Shown one piece after another: positions 1 through 12,700 of a stretch of DNA of 64,000 nucleotides. The stretch's first letter is position 1, and the number at the start of each line of letters is the position of its first letter. The notes below the pieces were generated by a model. It did not search any database. It saw nothing but the letters and a program-made list of their open reading frames with translations, and was not told the DNA's origin. A program made the position numbers and the translations under genes. Source of the stretch: Klebsormidium nitens (lineage: Eukaryota > Plantae > Klebsormidiophyceae); contig DF237057.1 in NCBI GenBank assembly GCA_000708835.1, positions 124,001 to 188,000 on the forward strand, given 5' to 3'.

Positions 1-1055
1 AGACGTACCCGACGCTCGAGATTGTGCTCACTGTGTTGTGCATTTTAGGACCGCTGTTTCTAGTGTTACTTATTTTGTGGTGTACAGCAGCCTGCTTCCT
101 TGGATGCAATGACGAAGGGTTGTTCGGGTAATAATGCTCGTCAGGACTTGATATGCCCGCGTCCTCGGCCAGGCTTCATCCATTTAAATGCCAGAGTTTT
201 AAGATGATCTTATTTTCATGCAAGCCAATTGTTCAAACAAAATGCACAACGACGGATTCAATGATTGCAGTCGAATGATTGCAGTCGAAGCGAAGCTGAC
301 TACTTTGAAAGTCTGATCTTCCGGGCCCGTGCTTAAACGCTGATGACAATCTCTTGGGAAACGTCGCGGACGGTTATAAAATCTTCAAACAAGGACGCAG
401 AACTTTGAGAAAAGCTTCTATAATTGAAGAAATTCAGGTAGGTTGCTTAATCTACCTGTGGATGCAGCTAGAGCTATATGGCATATATGCCCATGGTTGA
501 GTTTCCGAGTATGGTTAATGAGCATGGAGACTTCCGAGCGCATGGTTGATCGCTTCTTATCATCGGAATATCTCGATGAGTGCACCAATGATGGCATTAT
601 GAGCACCATGCCATGGGCATTGAATCCGTTATAATCAATGATTATAGCGTGGCACCCTCAACTTATACATGAATGAGAAACAGCGCATGTGCAAGTCTTT
701 GACTCAGTCGGTCACTGATACGGCTCGCTACGTCCTGAATGGCCGGCCCGTTGCATGGCGAGTCTAGTCGAAACGACTCGACCTAAGACATAATACTGTG
801 ATTGAGCTGCAAATCAATCATGCTTGGATCTGGTGCCGCCGTGGGTAACCGTGTTTGGTTGAAAACGACATTTAAAGCTCAAGTGAGATGGCTCCACAAT
901 CCAACCTAGATGCATGCATGGCACTTGCTAGACTTATAAGACCGATAGATATGTCAATCGAGAACCCACTTCTTAATATGCTTTGAGCAGTAGTCTCCAA
1001 AAATCAACTTTGTTTAGGGTACAACATCTAGGACGAATCAAGTCTTGGACTGTCG

Positions 1056-4000
1056 CTATGATAACGTCAAACCCAGAGCCCTTGCCGCCATTTCTTCAAC
1101 CCCACCCAAACTCGAAGTGCCGCTGGTTTCGGAAGGCGAACGAAGTTTCTGCCCAATCACGGCGCACACTTCCTGCAGGAGTGTTTCGCGTTCCTCCGAC
1201 GGTATTCGAGCCGACAGCCCATCGCCCACCAGCTCGAGCTTCGCCTGCAGATTTACGAGTGAGAAGACTCAATCTTTGAATGACCTGTTCCGCACCACAA
1301 CGCCCTGTATGTCCGACCTACTGTAACTTCCCTGTCATTTAAGTGGGGGGGGAGAACAGCCGCAGCTCATAGAGTATACCGAATCTAATTTCAATCCCAA
1401 CAAGGACGTCCGTCGCCTGCTCGCAAACAGGTCATTTCTAAGCAAAAGGGCCAGGAGAGGGGGCTTCCCATCATCTTATGACAAAGCCAAGCCACCTTAC
1501 GTGCAGGTCCAGTTCGGGTCATCGTTCGAGCTTCCCGAGAGGCTGAACTTTGAGCTTACAACTGCCTAGAGAAACCGCCTTCCGACTCCGACGGACGGGC
1601 CAGGGTCTTCTCATATTCAGGGGCCCTTAGGAAACAACTGAAACTTTGCTCCCCAAGAGGCGAAGATTCTGAGCCGAAACGCTCGATTAAGCCCAAGTGA
1701 GAATCCAAATGGACATCCAGATAACCCTCGTATATACATAGCACTGTGGCGAGCTGAGGAGATGAAGACGACAATCGACGGAATGCGACCAGTAGGAAGC
1801 GAATCAAGAAAACAGAAAGCTTCGACTGGTCGCAAACAACAAAAAGTAAGACGATGAGGACAGTACAACTGACGGGACGCCCCGTGCCCCTCACCGAATC
1901 AAGAGGCAGCGGAAAGGTGGACAGAATGAGAGCCAGGCCCGCCAGCTCTTGTCGAAGCTCCTTGATTCGCCCTTGCTTCATCAGTGCCTACGGGAAAATT
2001 GAGAAATGCAAACCATGACTAGACTTGCGTTGGGCCTTGTGAAAAACTGAAGAACTTGGTCGTTTGCGCGGAAGACACATGTCTCCGTTCGCATTTGGAC
2101 GGTGCAAAAGACCGCCGGAAATCTGGATCGTCAGAAAGTTGACGTGCGTCGTCCTTTACTCGTTACGCCCAGATGACAAGAGTCTAGTGTAAGCTGTGAG
2201 CAAAGGGACATATCGAGGCCAGGTGCGCCGTATGAGAAAGCTAAAACAATCGATGCAGGATTACTTCTTTTAAAACCCAGGCAGGATAAAAGCGAAAACG
2301 CACAGATTCTAGAATCTTTGAATGATGGGATGTTTCGAGCTCAATCAGGTGTGAAGAGCAGTTGGCATATCTTACGGAAAGGCGCTTCGCTGCTTCTCAA
2401 GCCCACAATGCAGACGATAGGAAGAATCCCCTTCACTACGTCGTTTCAGCAATTCGACAATTTGCCATCCAGAGTGCCAAACAACTGTCTTTTCTGTTCA
2501 AATCAACGAGAGAAATCACCCGTCTTCCGGGTACGAAGAGACAGACGTCAACAAAGAAGACAATGAAAAGACGCGAGAGAGCACAGGCCCTCACATACGC
2601 CTGAGTAAGGCTCGCTTTCGTCTTGGCCGCGACAGACGACTCGACGATCTCCACGGCTCTCCGAGGAAGGATGCCCAGATTGCCCGACAAAAGCCCCACG
2701 AAACGGGCGGCAGGCAGCCGGATTGAGAGGTCGATGACGTCATACCCGGCGGCTCTGCAGAGGACGAGTGCATGGATGACGTCACTTGGTTGTTTGGTGC
2801 ATATTGCAAAAATGTCTTGATGCGGGCAGATGTTACAGCGAGGACTTTCGAAGCACCCTGGATGTTTCCGAGGGGATTGCATTGATCAGTAGAAGCTCCG
2901 TCACTTTTGCAGCTTCAGCCCTACCAAGAAGCCGAATTCCAATGCCTGATCCAATAAATGCCTCCGTTAATATCATAAGCTGGCGACCCACCTCATAAGC
3001 TGCCCCACCTTATGCTGGATCGCCACCCTGTATAAGCTCTCCTGCGTTGACGCTGCGTCAAACGTCACGCTGACGCCATACAGTTGGCAAGTCTCGTGGA
3101 GCACGGTTATGTCCTCCAGGGATGGATCTCGCCCCTCAACCCGCATGTTAACCATCCCTAGAACCCGGGTAGAAAGTTGGGTTAGCACAGGGTTCGCCTG
3201 GAGTAGAGTAAACACAGACTGCTGACTGGCGCAAGTCTCGAGTCCCGAGCACTATCATGCTGTACGTATCGTCGTCGTCACTCCGACTTCGATTCGACGA
3301 GAATTTCTAAGAGTTGGATTCGAACGCGTTAAAGGATTGAGGATTAATAAGCTCGGTACTGACCCGAAAGAACGGAAAGGAAAGGAAAGGAGAAGCGCGA
3401 CACACCCCAAACGGCTCGAAAGGAATCTATCGAGCTCCTCAGATGACAAATAGCATAACGGTACCAATATTACGCTGTCTTCTTACAGACAGACGAGCTT
3501 TTCGGGTCCACCCATAGTCCTCAATCTTTCGTCGTTCATCATTGTTAACGAGACGCGCGCGGCGCACATGATAATCGGTGTCTTGCTCTTCAGGACAGCG
3601 GCGAAACCAACTCACAAAGGAATAATGGAGAGTACACTGATATGCGGCGCCAAAGCTTGCTCGTGTTCCGAATTAAGAGAAGCGTCAGACGTTCTGACAC
3701 AGTAACGACTCTTCATTTCCCAGAAAAAGCCTTGCACATTAGTGAGCATGGGCAAGGAACCAAGAGGCGCAAGCGTCCAACAGCTCTGCAGGAATTTCGT
3801 CCAAATGCACATAATCCTTGGCAGAATGAAGCAGCCGAAAGAGGAAGAAAGAAGGAGAGGAAGGAAGAAATTAAACGGGCACAGAAGAGCGTAGAGGCAA
3901 AGAGGAGGAAATGAAAGGGATAAAGGGAGAAGAAAAGAAAAGAAGAGAAGAAAAATGCAAGGTAAGAGAACGAAACAGACAGGAAGAGAACCGAAAAAGA

Positions 4001-6001
4001 GAAATTGGCTCACGTTGCAGCAGCTGCTGGGCCTCGAACCGTCCGACCTCCTTTCGGCTGTCAGAAACTTTGACCGGGGGCAACAACGACTCCCGAGGCC
4101 ACCACCCGGGCAGTTCTTCCACCTGGCAAGTGAGCGTCAGCCAATATATACTTCATTTCATGCGTCCGTACTGACGCATGGATCTAGATTACAAGTGACT
4201 GTGGTTTCAATGTATCTCTGCTTGGTCTTCCGATGCTTTCAATTGTTGGACAAGGCCCAGAACAGCGGATTGAAGCAGCTTTAAGCGCCACAACGTGGTT
4301 TATCAAAGGTCTATATCAAAGGATTTATTGTCAGCCCCAGCGACTGGGTTTGCAAGAACACAATCAACGTTTTGGGACATCCCAAAAGACAGCTATGCGC
4401 ACGTTCTGGTCGTCAAACACTACAACTTTTTCTGTCAAACTTGCCCCCTCAGCTTCGGGATTTAAGATCTGGTCCACAATCTTGAGTCGTCCAATGTCAT
4501 TCCATCGGTCCAGATCAAGAAATCGTGCTCCAAATGCTGGAAACCCAAATGCAAGTTTTAGGCAAACAACCGAATGCAACCCTACCTGCCGCCTCCTCTC
4601 TAGAGCCGCCCGCCGCTCTTCCTGTCGCAGCCTCGCCAGTCTCAGCTCCTTCTCGCTCCTTAAATCCACCTCATAATCAAGCGGGTTAGCGTGCTTAACC
4701 GTTTCGGTTATCCCGGCCCCCTTTCGCACCCCCCCCAAGGTCTGCCGCCGAAACTTTTTCTCGCCCCCCCACAGCCAGCTAGGCCATTCCCACTGGTTCC
4801 CAACGGAGACTTCTCTTCCCCCGAGGGAGCGGTCCCGAACTCTGCTTCCAATCTGGGGGGCTCCGGGTTTGTACCATTCCGCCCAGCCCCAACGGTTCCG
4901 TTTCGCTAACCTCAAAAACCAGCGCACGGCAGCGATGAGAACGACCAGGAAGAGCCCCAGCTGAATCGCTGACGTCGCCTCACGGTTCCGCTGAAAGTAA
5001 TTCAGCGGCCGCGGTCGAATGTACTTCGAGCGCCGCAGACTTCGTCTGAAGTCCTCGATCGCCTCTTCCGAAAGATAGCGGGCCTTGTAGAGCTTCCGGC
5101 GAACATAAGTGGCCCCCTTTTCAAGGTCAACGTCGACCCTCGAAGGGCCTTCCGGCTGTCGCGACAACTCCACAAAACCGCCCAGGATCTGCCCCTTCTT
5201 TTGCGCAGCGCCGCTGCGCTTCGCGCTTTTCTCCCATGCCAGGCGCTGGTCTCGGAGCTTGTTACGACGGGACGGCTCGCCGGCGAATGCGGCAGGGGGG
5301 GAGATGTTGATCAAAGCTGTGGTGATAAGCGCTACAGTGCAAACCAATGCAACGCTTCTAGGAAAGTAGAGAGCAGTCCCGGGGGCAGTTATACATCCAA
5401 CTGCTCGGTCAGTTTGGGGATCTGAGGGAAATTTTGAATCTGGGTTAGAAGCGGCCGACGGCTCAGGTTCAAAACTCGACTTCAAAGAAGGATTTGCACC
5501 ACCATCTCCACGAGACACATCAGCACAATGGGCTTCAACTCCTAAATTGCTCCCTGTTGAAAACACGGGACGCTCGCTGATGTCCGCAACATGGTGAGGT
5601 GGCACATCTGAAGTAAAGCGACTCTCCTCCTCTTTGCCCCCACAACGCACTGCCACACCTCCTCGTCCTGAAGGACTTAAACACTGCCAATCAGCTAAAC
5701 CTGTATTTGGCGCACTCTGGGACACCGCACTCCTGCTCCTGCTGTGTTTGTTTGAACGCCGTGCGGCTCTTGCACCCGAACCCCCGCCACAGAACCCGTT
5801 CACAGCTACCAACCGTCCTCCCAAAGTGGATTCCCCTTGTGAAAAGAAGTGCTTGGAACCAGGAAGAAGACAGGGAGGGGGGGTAAGTGCAAAATGACCT
5901 CCGCCAATCAAAGAGTCTGCGTGATGTCTAACTGAAGCAATGGGGCATGTCCTGTTTCTCGTGCTCTTTAGCCTGCAGAGCAGGGGGCTCGCATGGGCCA
6001 T
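1056..6001 (-). CDS. Uncharacterised plastid-targeted membrane protein (resembles the land-plant At2g38780-like family), 6 exons
   Basis: Exons (minus): 6001-4586, 4122-4014, 3157-2992, 2754-2595, 1987-1895, 1244-1056. All introns are GT-AG and phases are compatible. Motifs RDRSLGGREV, LPGWWP, DITVLHETCQLYGVSVTFDAASTQESLYR, ARFVGLLSGNLG, AKLELVGDGL and AARALGL run colinearly, as I recall for this family. Ser/Arg-rich transit-like N-terminus and two hydrophobic segments. Family name is from memory. Confidence 0.8.
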
Positions 6002-6273
6002 CAACGTTTCTCCGCAAAGGTGGAATCCGCCCTTCTTCAAGAGAGGCGTCTTTCATTTGGACCTCAGCCTTTCGCTGTGCACATGGCAGAAGCAAAGCAG
6101 GACTTCGTGTTACTGTACTACGTGAGCCGGTCAAAAGCTTTTTAGTCTACTTGACCGTAGCCTAATGGGCCTTTACCGGATTTCACGGGCAAAAAGCTGC
6201 AGAGGTTTGAAGATATTCTCGCTTAGGGTGCTTCGCTTCCATCTCCAGGGACAGCTGCTGTGTAGGTACAGAT

Positions 6274-6546
6274 GGTCAAACCTGTGACCGTCACAGGTTT
6301 GACCGTCACAACTTGACCGTTGGACCGTCCTGAGTGTATTGCTGGTTCTGTCAAACCTGGCCGCCTGACCCGAGAACCGATTGGGACCGATCGCAGAACT
6401 TGCCGATGCGCAGAACAAGTACCCTTGGATGACGCAGAAGGACTCCATCTAACGGCCCAAGTTCGGCCCCTATGCCCGTGAATAAGTTTTACAATCAGCT
6501 CTGACCGGACACACCGGCCAGGTTTTGCAGAACTTGGGCCGTTCGA
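6274..6546. repeat. Palindrome and inverted-repeat cluster upstream of gene 1
   Basis: Perfect 15-bp-arm palindrome GGTCAAACCTGTGAC-C-GTCACAGGTTTGACC at 6274-6304, followed by repeated GACCGT motifs. A second inverted pair CATCTAACGGCCCAAGTTCGGC / GCAGAACTTGGGCCGTTCGATG (20/22) lies at about 6446-6546. Confidence 0.7.
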
Positions 6547-7364
6547 TGAAGGGCATTTAGGTCATCGAAGGGTCTCAAGGTCTGCGTATCGATTCGTCGA
6601 CGAAGTCAGAACTTAGAACTAACGGTCTGCGAAAGTTGTCGAAAGTATATTGTGCGGTCGACATTCGCGGACTGTCAGATCTCACTGACGGGCCATACCG
6701 TCATACCACCGGCAATATGCGCGCTAGCATTGAAGTTAGACTGATTCATATAATGTACATGAGAGTACGCGAGCAGTCTCCGATGTGCGGTGCGCTCCGT
6801 GTGGAGCAATCGAGCGGTCTAGCTTGTTGTGAGTCGCCATCATTTTAAGGAAAACGCCAGGCGTCAACAAGGATATCCCCTTTTATTCGATATTGCCGCT
6901 GAATATACAGCTACCTTATACACCTGTACTTTAATCGCGGAGGCAGGTGGGTAGCCGAATCTGGGTTTGCCTGAGAGATCCGTAAATCGCATAGCGGAAC
7001 CGTCCGATTGAAATTATCAATCTTAGAACCGCTCGATCGGGCTGTCAATATCGGGGAAGAAGGAGGCTAATAAACCTAAACAGACCGTGAGTCTATTGCA
7101 GATCAGACACAAAGCTGGACAAAGGCCATTTGAGCTGGTTGCCATGGCTTCCGCCATGGCACCTTAGGCTGAAGGCACCCTGAATGCAGCTCTATGCATC
7201 AATTCATTGCAAAATCCTTGTCCTATTCGCATGTGTTAGCTGATACAGGACAAGAAAGGTGCTTTTTGACTGTGGGACAGCCTGCAATTGGCTTGCTGCA
7301 AGGGCAGAATAAGGTGCTTTCGCGCTTCCGAAAACCATACGATACACTTTGGAGCTCTGGCACC

Positions 7365-8831
7365 CGGGGTAGCAACTCCCAATTTTAAAACATGGTATCT
7401 GCGGTTCTCTGCTATTGCGAGATTCTATGCAGTGCAATATTCACAATATGCACTGCATGAGATGAGAATGAAGTGAAGTGCACGAGTGTAGGCGAGTGGC
7501 TCGTGCAAGGGCTTCACAGAACGTCCCCGTTGGGGGTAGCGCTCGATCAACCTGAGCCGACAATCATGCTCTCAATAGAGGCGGTGCCGGCACATTGGGC
7601 CAAAGTGTTCATCTCGAGATCCTACTATATCTGTAGAAAGCTATTCGCCGCCTGGCTTTCTATACTTTGGATCTGACCCGTTTTGTCGAATTCAATTAAT
7701 GAGCGCTCAGTACCCATTAACGCGACAACCGAACTTGAGTTACTACAACTCTCAACTACGTATCCTCACAATTACACCAACTTCGATGAACCCTCCAAAA
7801 ATCCCCGCTATGACCATTGAACTACGCACAAGAGAATGGCTACTGATGCTATGTGACTGGCAGCCGACGACAGCTCGAACATTTTGAAGAGCCGTGCATG
7901 GTTGCTGGTGTTGGGAGCCAGAGTCGCGGCATCCTGCCCGCAACCTCCACTTGCAGTCCACCAGGCACTCGACGGAATGGACCATCAGCAACTACACAGA
8001 ACGATACTAAGAAGAAAGGGGGGCATGCTGTTGGGTGGTAAGAGGAAAAAGGCGCAGAACTTCATAACAGCTGCAACCTGCAGGTACCGTTTCAACACAA
8101 AGGGGGGGGAAGCGTCCGAAGGCCGCGGGCGGGCACTTGCAGAAGCAGGGAGGCGCCGTCCTCCCTGCGCTGTGAAGTTTTCTTGCAGAGCGACAGATTG
8201 AAAGATCTCGCGCGGACTTGCAGCTTTTCAAGCTGCAAAAGCGGGTTAGCAATCTCGTCAGCAGAGAACCGTAATTTTGACTAACTACGAACGTCGAGAA
8301 TTCGCAAATTAAAACAAGAGGTTTGGTCGTTTTGGAAATTTAAAACGCCATTTTAAAACGTTTTAAAACGTTTTTAAAACGGTGGAAAAGATACGCTTTG
8401 TATGCTTTTTCTTGTTTTTATTACGGCTATCGACTTGTTATGTGCTCGTATGCAGCATAGAAGCATAATTTTGAACAATATAAAGCCTAAAGAGGCCGAA
8501 AAGAGCTCGAGGTACTGACTTTTCATGTTTTAATACAGATTTTGGGCGTTTTAAAACGTTCTGATGTTTTGTTTGTTTTATAAAACGGGCTATTTTGAGG
8601 TCCGCCTAACCCGCAGATACATGTATTAAGATTTTGGCGTTTTAAAGTGTTTTAAAACCGTTTTACTTTTTGTGGGGGGGCCCAAATTTCAAAACGAGTA
8701 GTGATTTAGAAACTAGAGAGAAAGGGATACTTGAGGGTATTGAATAAAACATTGGATGAATTTTTTGGGCCGTTTTGCAAGAAAGGCAAAATAAAAACGC
8801 CATCTATTTTAAAACTGGAGTTGCCACCCCG
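7365..8831. mobile_element. Non-autonomous TIR DNA transposon (about 1.47 kb)
   Basis: Left end CGGGGTAGCAACTCCCAATTTTAAAA; right end reverse complement CGGGGTGGCAACTCCAGTTTTAAAA. AT-rich subterminal TTTTAAAACG repeats at 8340-8700. Flanks AGCTCTGGCACC / AGCCCTGGCACA match at 10/12. No transposase ORF recognised. Confidence 0.7.
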
Positions 8832-9779
8832 AGCCCTGGCACAAGGGGTAGATGACCATCTCTGAAGCTGAAAGAAGCATCCACAGCTTGCATTTTGAAT
8901 ACACTACATGTACAGAAGCTTCATCTTTATGTTCTTATGTATCTTCAAGAGCATGAGGTGCGCCGCTGCTGACAGCAGCCTTGGTCCAACGAGGAAGCTC
9001 GTTGAGGCTGGGCAGCCATGGTTCGGATTGCGTCAGCATGACAGCTCTAAATTGGACCAAACATGTTCTGAACCGTCCGATGACCGGACCGCGGCTTCGG
9101 AGACCCAGAATTAACGGAGCCAATGCGCCATCAGTATGGCCGAAATCGAGATTCGGCTACCCGCCTGAGGGCATTGGCCGCCAGGCCAATGACCCACGCC
9201 TCTCACAAAGGTCACCGGCTTATGGCATCCTGGGCGTTCCAATTTCCGCCACCCTTAATTTCGTTGAACTACGGGTACCATGGCAGACGGGCAGTACGTA
9301 CCGGTGGTTGGAACTTGAAAGTCTGTGAAGCAGAGCTAGGGCTAGGACTCAGTAGGCTAGGGAATGGGGTTCCGAAGAGAAGGCGGAGAGGATCTCGACG
9401 ACGATATAAAAGAAGCATACATACATAAAGCCTGAGGGGGATAATCGCAGTGCTGGCCTTCCTCAAACCAAGGCTACTGCGGACTCGCACGTGCTTCATG
9501 CATCGAGATGAGGACCGAACCTGTGCGCTGCCCAGTTGCAATACTAGCCGTACTGTTCCAGCCAACTTTGCAATCAGCGAGCTAGACCTCCTTCAGCCCC
9601 TTTTAAAGCCAAGCCACACTTTAGAATGCTACCTGGCCCACCAGCCGTCGCTTCTGTATCTTTCTTCCATCTTTTGAAAAGAAGAATCGTAGAGGAGCTG
9701 GGAAACTATCTTCTCCTGAACAGGAGAAAAGAGTGACCTCTGCCTGGTTGTTTCTCGTTTCCTTGCCCTCGACAGCGCG

Positions 9780-12700
9780 ATGGCAGTGCACAGCGTTCTG
9801 CTCCGCCGGAGCCTCTCTCGTGTCCTGGGTACCACCACCTTCAGCTGGCACTCCCCTCCCTCCTCTAGTTACAAGGCTGTTCCTGGGGTTGAATGTAGAG
9901 GTTCAAGCCTGAGCGATCGATGGGGTTTCTGGGGGGCAAGCTACTTGGGCTTGAGGCGGGGCTTCTTCGTGAGAGAGAAACACGGCCGGCAATCGTCGCT
10001 GAATGAGGACGAGATTGCCGAGCGAGTCCGGCTGGCCGTACGGGCGGCAGGGTCTAGGAAGACAGGTGGGGCGGCCTCCATCGTTTTTTGGAATCTGCAC
10101 CACCCTTTTGTTGTGAATGGTGGTAGAATGTGTTTGAAAGACGTTCGCATCTTGGCAACTCCTTTGATGTCTTAGTGGGGGTTTGTCTATCTGGTTCAAG
10201 TGACGGCTCATACTCTCCGACTCTTGTTTCGGAAGATGGCAAGTCTGCCCTTGGGATTGTGTCGTCAAAGTCTGAACCGAAAGGCCGTGCTTATATGTTT
10301 GTTCTGTGAATTGGCTGGCATGTTCCCCCTTGACCGAAATAGATGTATTTGAGCCCAGCCTGAACAGTTTCTGTGGTCGGTGGACTTTTTGAAGTGCAAT
10401 AGGTTTCATTAACTCCGATTTGAGATCCCACAATGTGCAGGGTCCTTTAAAGGGACAGTCGAGGAGTCGCAAACCAACATTCAAAGACTCGCAACTCAGG
10501 TACTGTTTCGCTCAGTTCACATTAAGGGTGTCAGAGCATCAAGTCCCGGTCAACTGAAGTATATGAGGGTCGAAGCCTCTTGTAGTTTACCACAGTCCGG
10601 GCTTATTAGCCCCCCTTCCAACTTGACTCTCTCCTTTGTCAAGGTGGCGGCCGTCCCAAAGTCCGGAGAAAACGGAGCGTTCAGTGGGCGCCTCCCGCTG
10701 GAACCGCGGGCTCTGAAGACCTCATCGAATCCGAAGTTGTGTTGAGAGAAGACCAGGCATTAGGTCAGGTAGTCACTTCTCAGGCCAACTTCATGCGCGT
10801 CCTGGTGGAGAAGAGCGAAGCGACAGCTGGCGACGAAGCGGCGACAGCTGGAGGGGAAAAGGCGACAGTCAGTGGCGAGATAGCGACAGCTGGCCAGGCT
10901 TCGGCGCCAGCTGGCAGCCCCAGGAACGGCTCCGAGCTGCTGTGCGTGGTCCGGGCCCTACTGAAGAAGATCCGGAAACGAGTCCTAGTGGGGGACAGGG
11001 TGCTAGTCAGTGCAATAGACTGGGTGGAGGGGAGGGGAATGATCGAGGAGATTGTGGAGAGGAAAAGTCAAATGGAGGATCCCCCAATCGCGAATGTGGA
11101 CCATTTCCTGGTCCTTTTTGCGCTGGCGCGACCGCCGCTTGAACCGATCCAACTTAGCAGGTTCCTCGTAGCGGCAGAGCATGCGGGAATCCCGTTCACA
11201 CTGGCACTCAATAAGGTGAGGATGCTCTATTGTTATTACAATCTGTCCGTAAAGTTTGTTCCCTGCTTTGGTATGTACTCTTCTTGGCGGCGCTTTACGA
11301 TGTGGCTCCAAGTGGCCTGGTGGAAGATAACATATCCAGGTCTCCTTAAGTTACATAGTTCGTCAAAGAGCCTGTTACTGCAGTTTCTCGCCGACCTACA
11401 CAGGCAGGCGGAATACCCTGCCACCCTTCGAACCCGTGATCATCAATATCACCCTTCTAAAGCTCTTCCGTAGGAGGCACTCAGGACCATCATGAGAAAG
11501 AGCTTGTAAGAATTACATTTTGTACTGCTTGTTTTCAGGCCGATTTGGCACCCCCAGGTGCAGCGCAAGCCTGGAAGGAGCGCCTCGCGGGGTGGGGTTA
11601 CAACGCTCACATTCTGAGCGTCGAGGGGGGCGAGGGTCTGGAGGGCGTCTTCCGGGAACTGAGCGGAAAGACGACCGTCGTGGCCGGTCCAAGCGGGGCC
11701 GGGAAGTCGAGTTTGATTAACCGGCTCAGGAAAGATTCGGTACGGCTCGCTGGAGCACATGCTGACGACGACGGTGTCGTCAGCAATGTGGGTGGTGAAA
11801 ACCGGGACGGGGGTGACGTCCGTGGCGTGGTGACGGTCGCAGAGAGAGGGGACGGGGCGACGGTGTCAAAATCTGCTGGGGCGAGCGAGGGGGACGGGAT
11901 CGACACTGCCGGGGAGAGTTTGGCGGTCAGTGCGGTGTCTGCGAAGAGTGGGCTCGGGAGGCATACGACCCGGAGCATCGTGCTAATAAGGTGAGAAATT
12001 TCGGTTATCTGGGTGCAAGGACAGCTGTCCATCTGATCTGCGTCAAGGGAAGAAGGTCGACGTCAGAATGAGCAGCGGCAGACAATGAAGTGGCTACCTC
12101 TGCCTGCCTGACGTCGTCCATTAATGTGGCCTCGTGTCAGAGAATCAGTCCGCTGTTTGGAAATGGGCGGATCTCTGGATTGTTTCGACTCTGACTTGCC
12201 AAAAAGCAATCGCTCGGTCTGCAAGCACCAGATTTGTTTCTCTGTAAGTTCGCCCCATATGCACAATCCTGAGCGAAGCCTGTGTACGACAAAGTCGTAT
12301 CGTCTCGGCCCTTCTGACCCCAGCTGCCTATGTTGCTGGCCTCTTTTCGTGGTTTCATCGCAGTATGATATTGTATCTCCTTTTCAGCGTGTTAAGATGT
12401 CTTGGAGGCTTTCACGATCCTCCACGTGTGCCTTAGAGGGCCGTCGAATAAATCATGTTCCAAGCCGTCTGTGGGTCATTTGTTTTAGAGCTCACGGACG
12501 ATCCTTGGGCGTTGGCGATGAAAGAAAAAGCCAGCGGTTCGAGATCGTTCCCATCACCTGGAATCTTTCCTGGTTTCTCAACGTCGCCGTTGTTCCTTAG
12601 CACCTTCTTTTCAAGAAGCAGGTTGTTGAGCACCCTCTTTCGAATACACTTCTTGGGTAATTGTGCACGTCCAAGTCATGTTACGGTCTTCGTTTCTCTG

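Noticed and set aside
418-609. RYSDD resembling a reverse-transcriptase YxDD motif
   Set aside because: It is a 63-aa ORF with no other RT motifs recognisable in adjacent frames.
2436-2882. CxxC...H...C pattern suggesting a LINE C-terminal zinc knuckle
   Set aside because: The Cys/His residues lie in intron sequence of gene 1, and the rest of this ORF is exon 4 of that gene.
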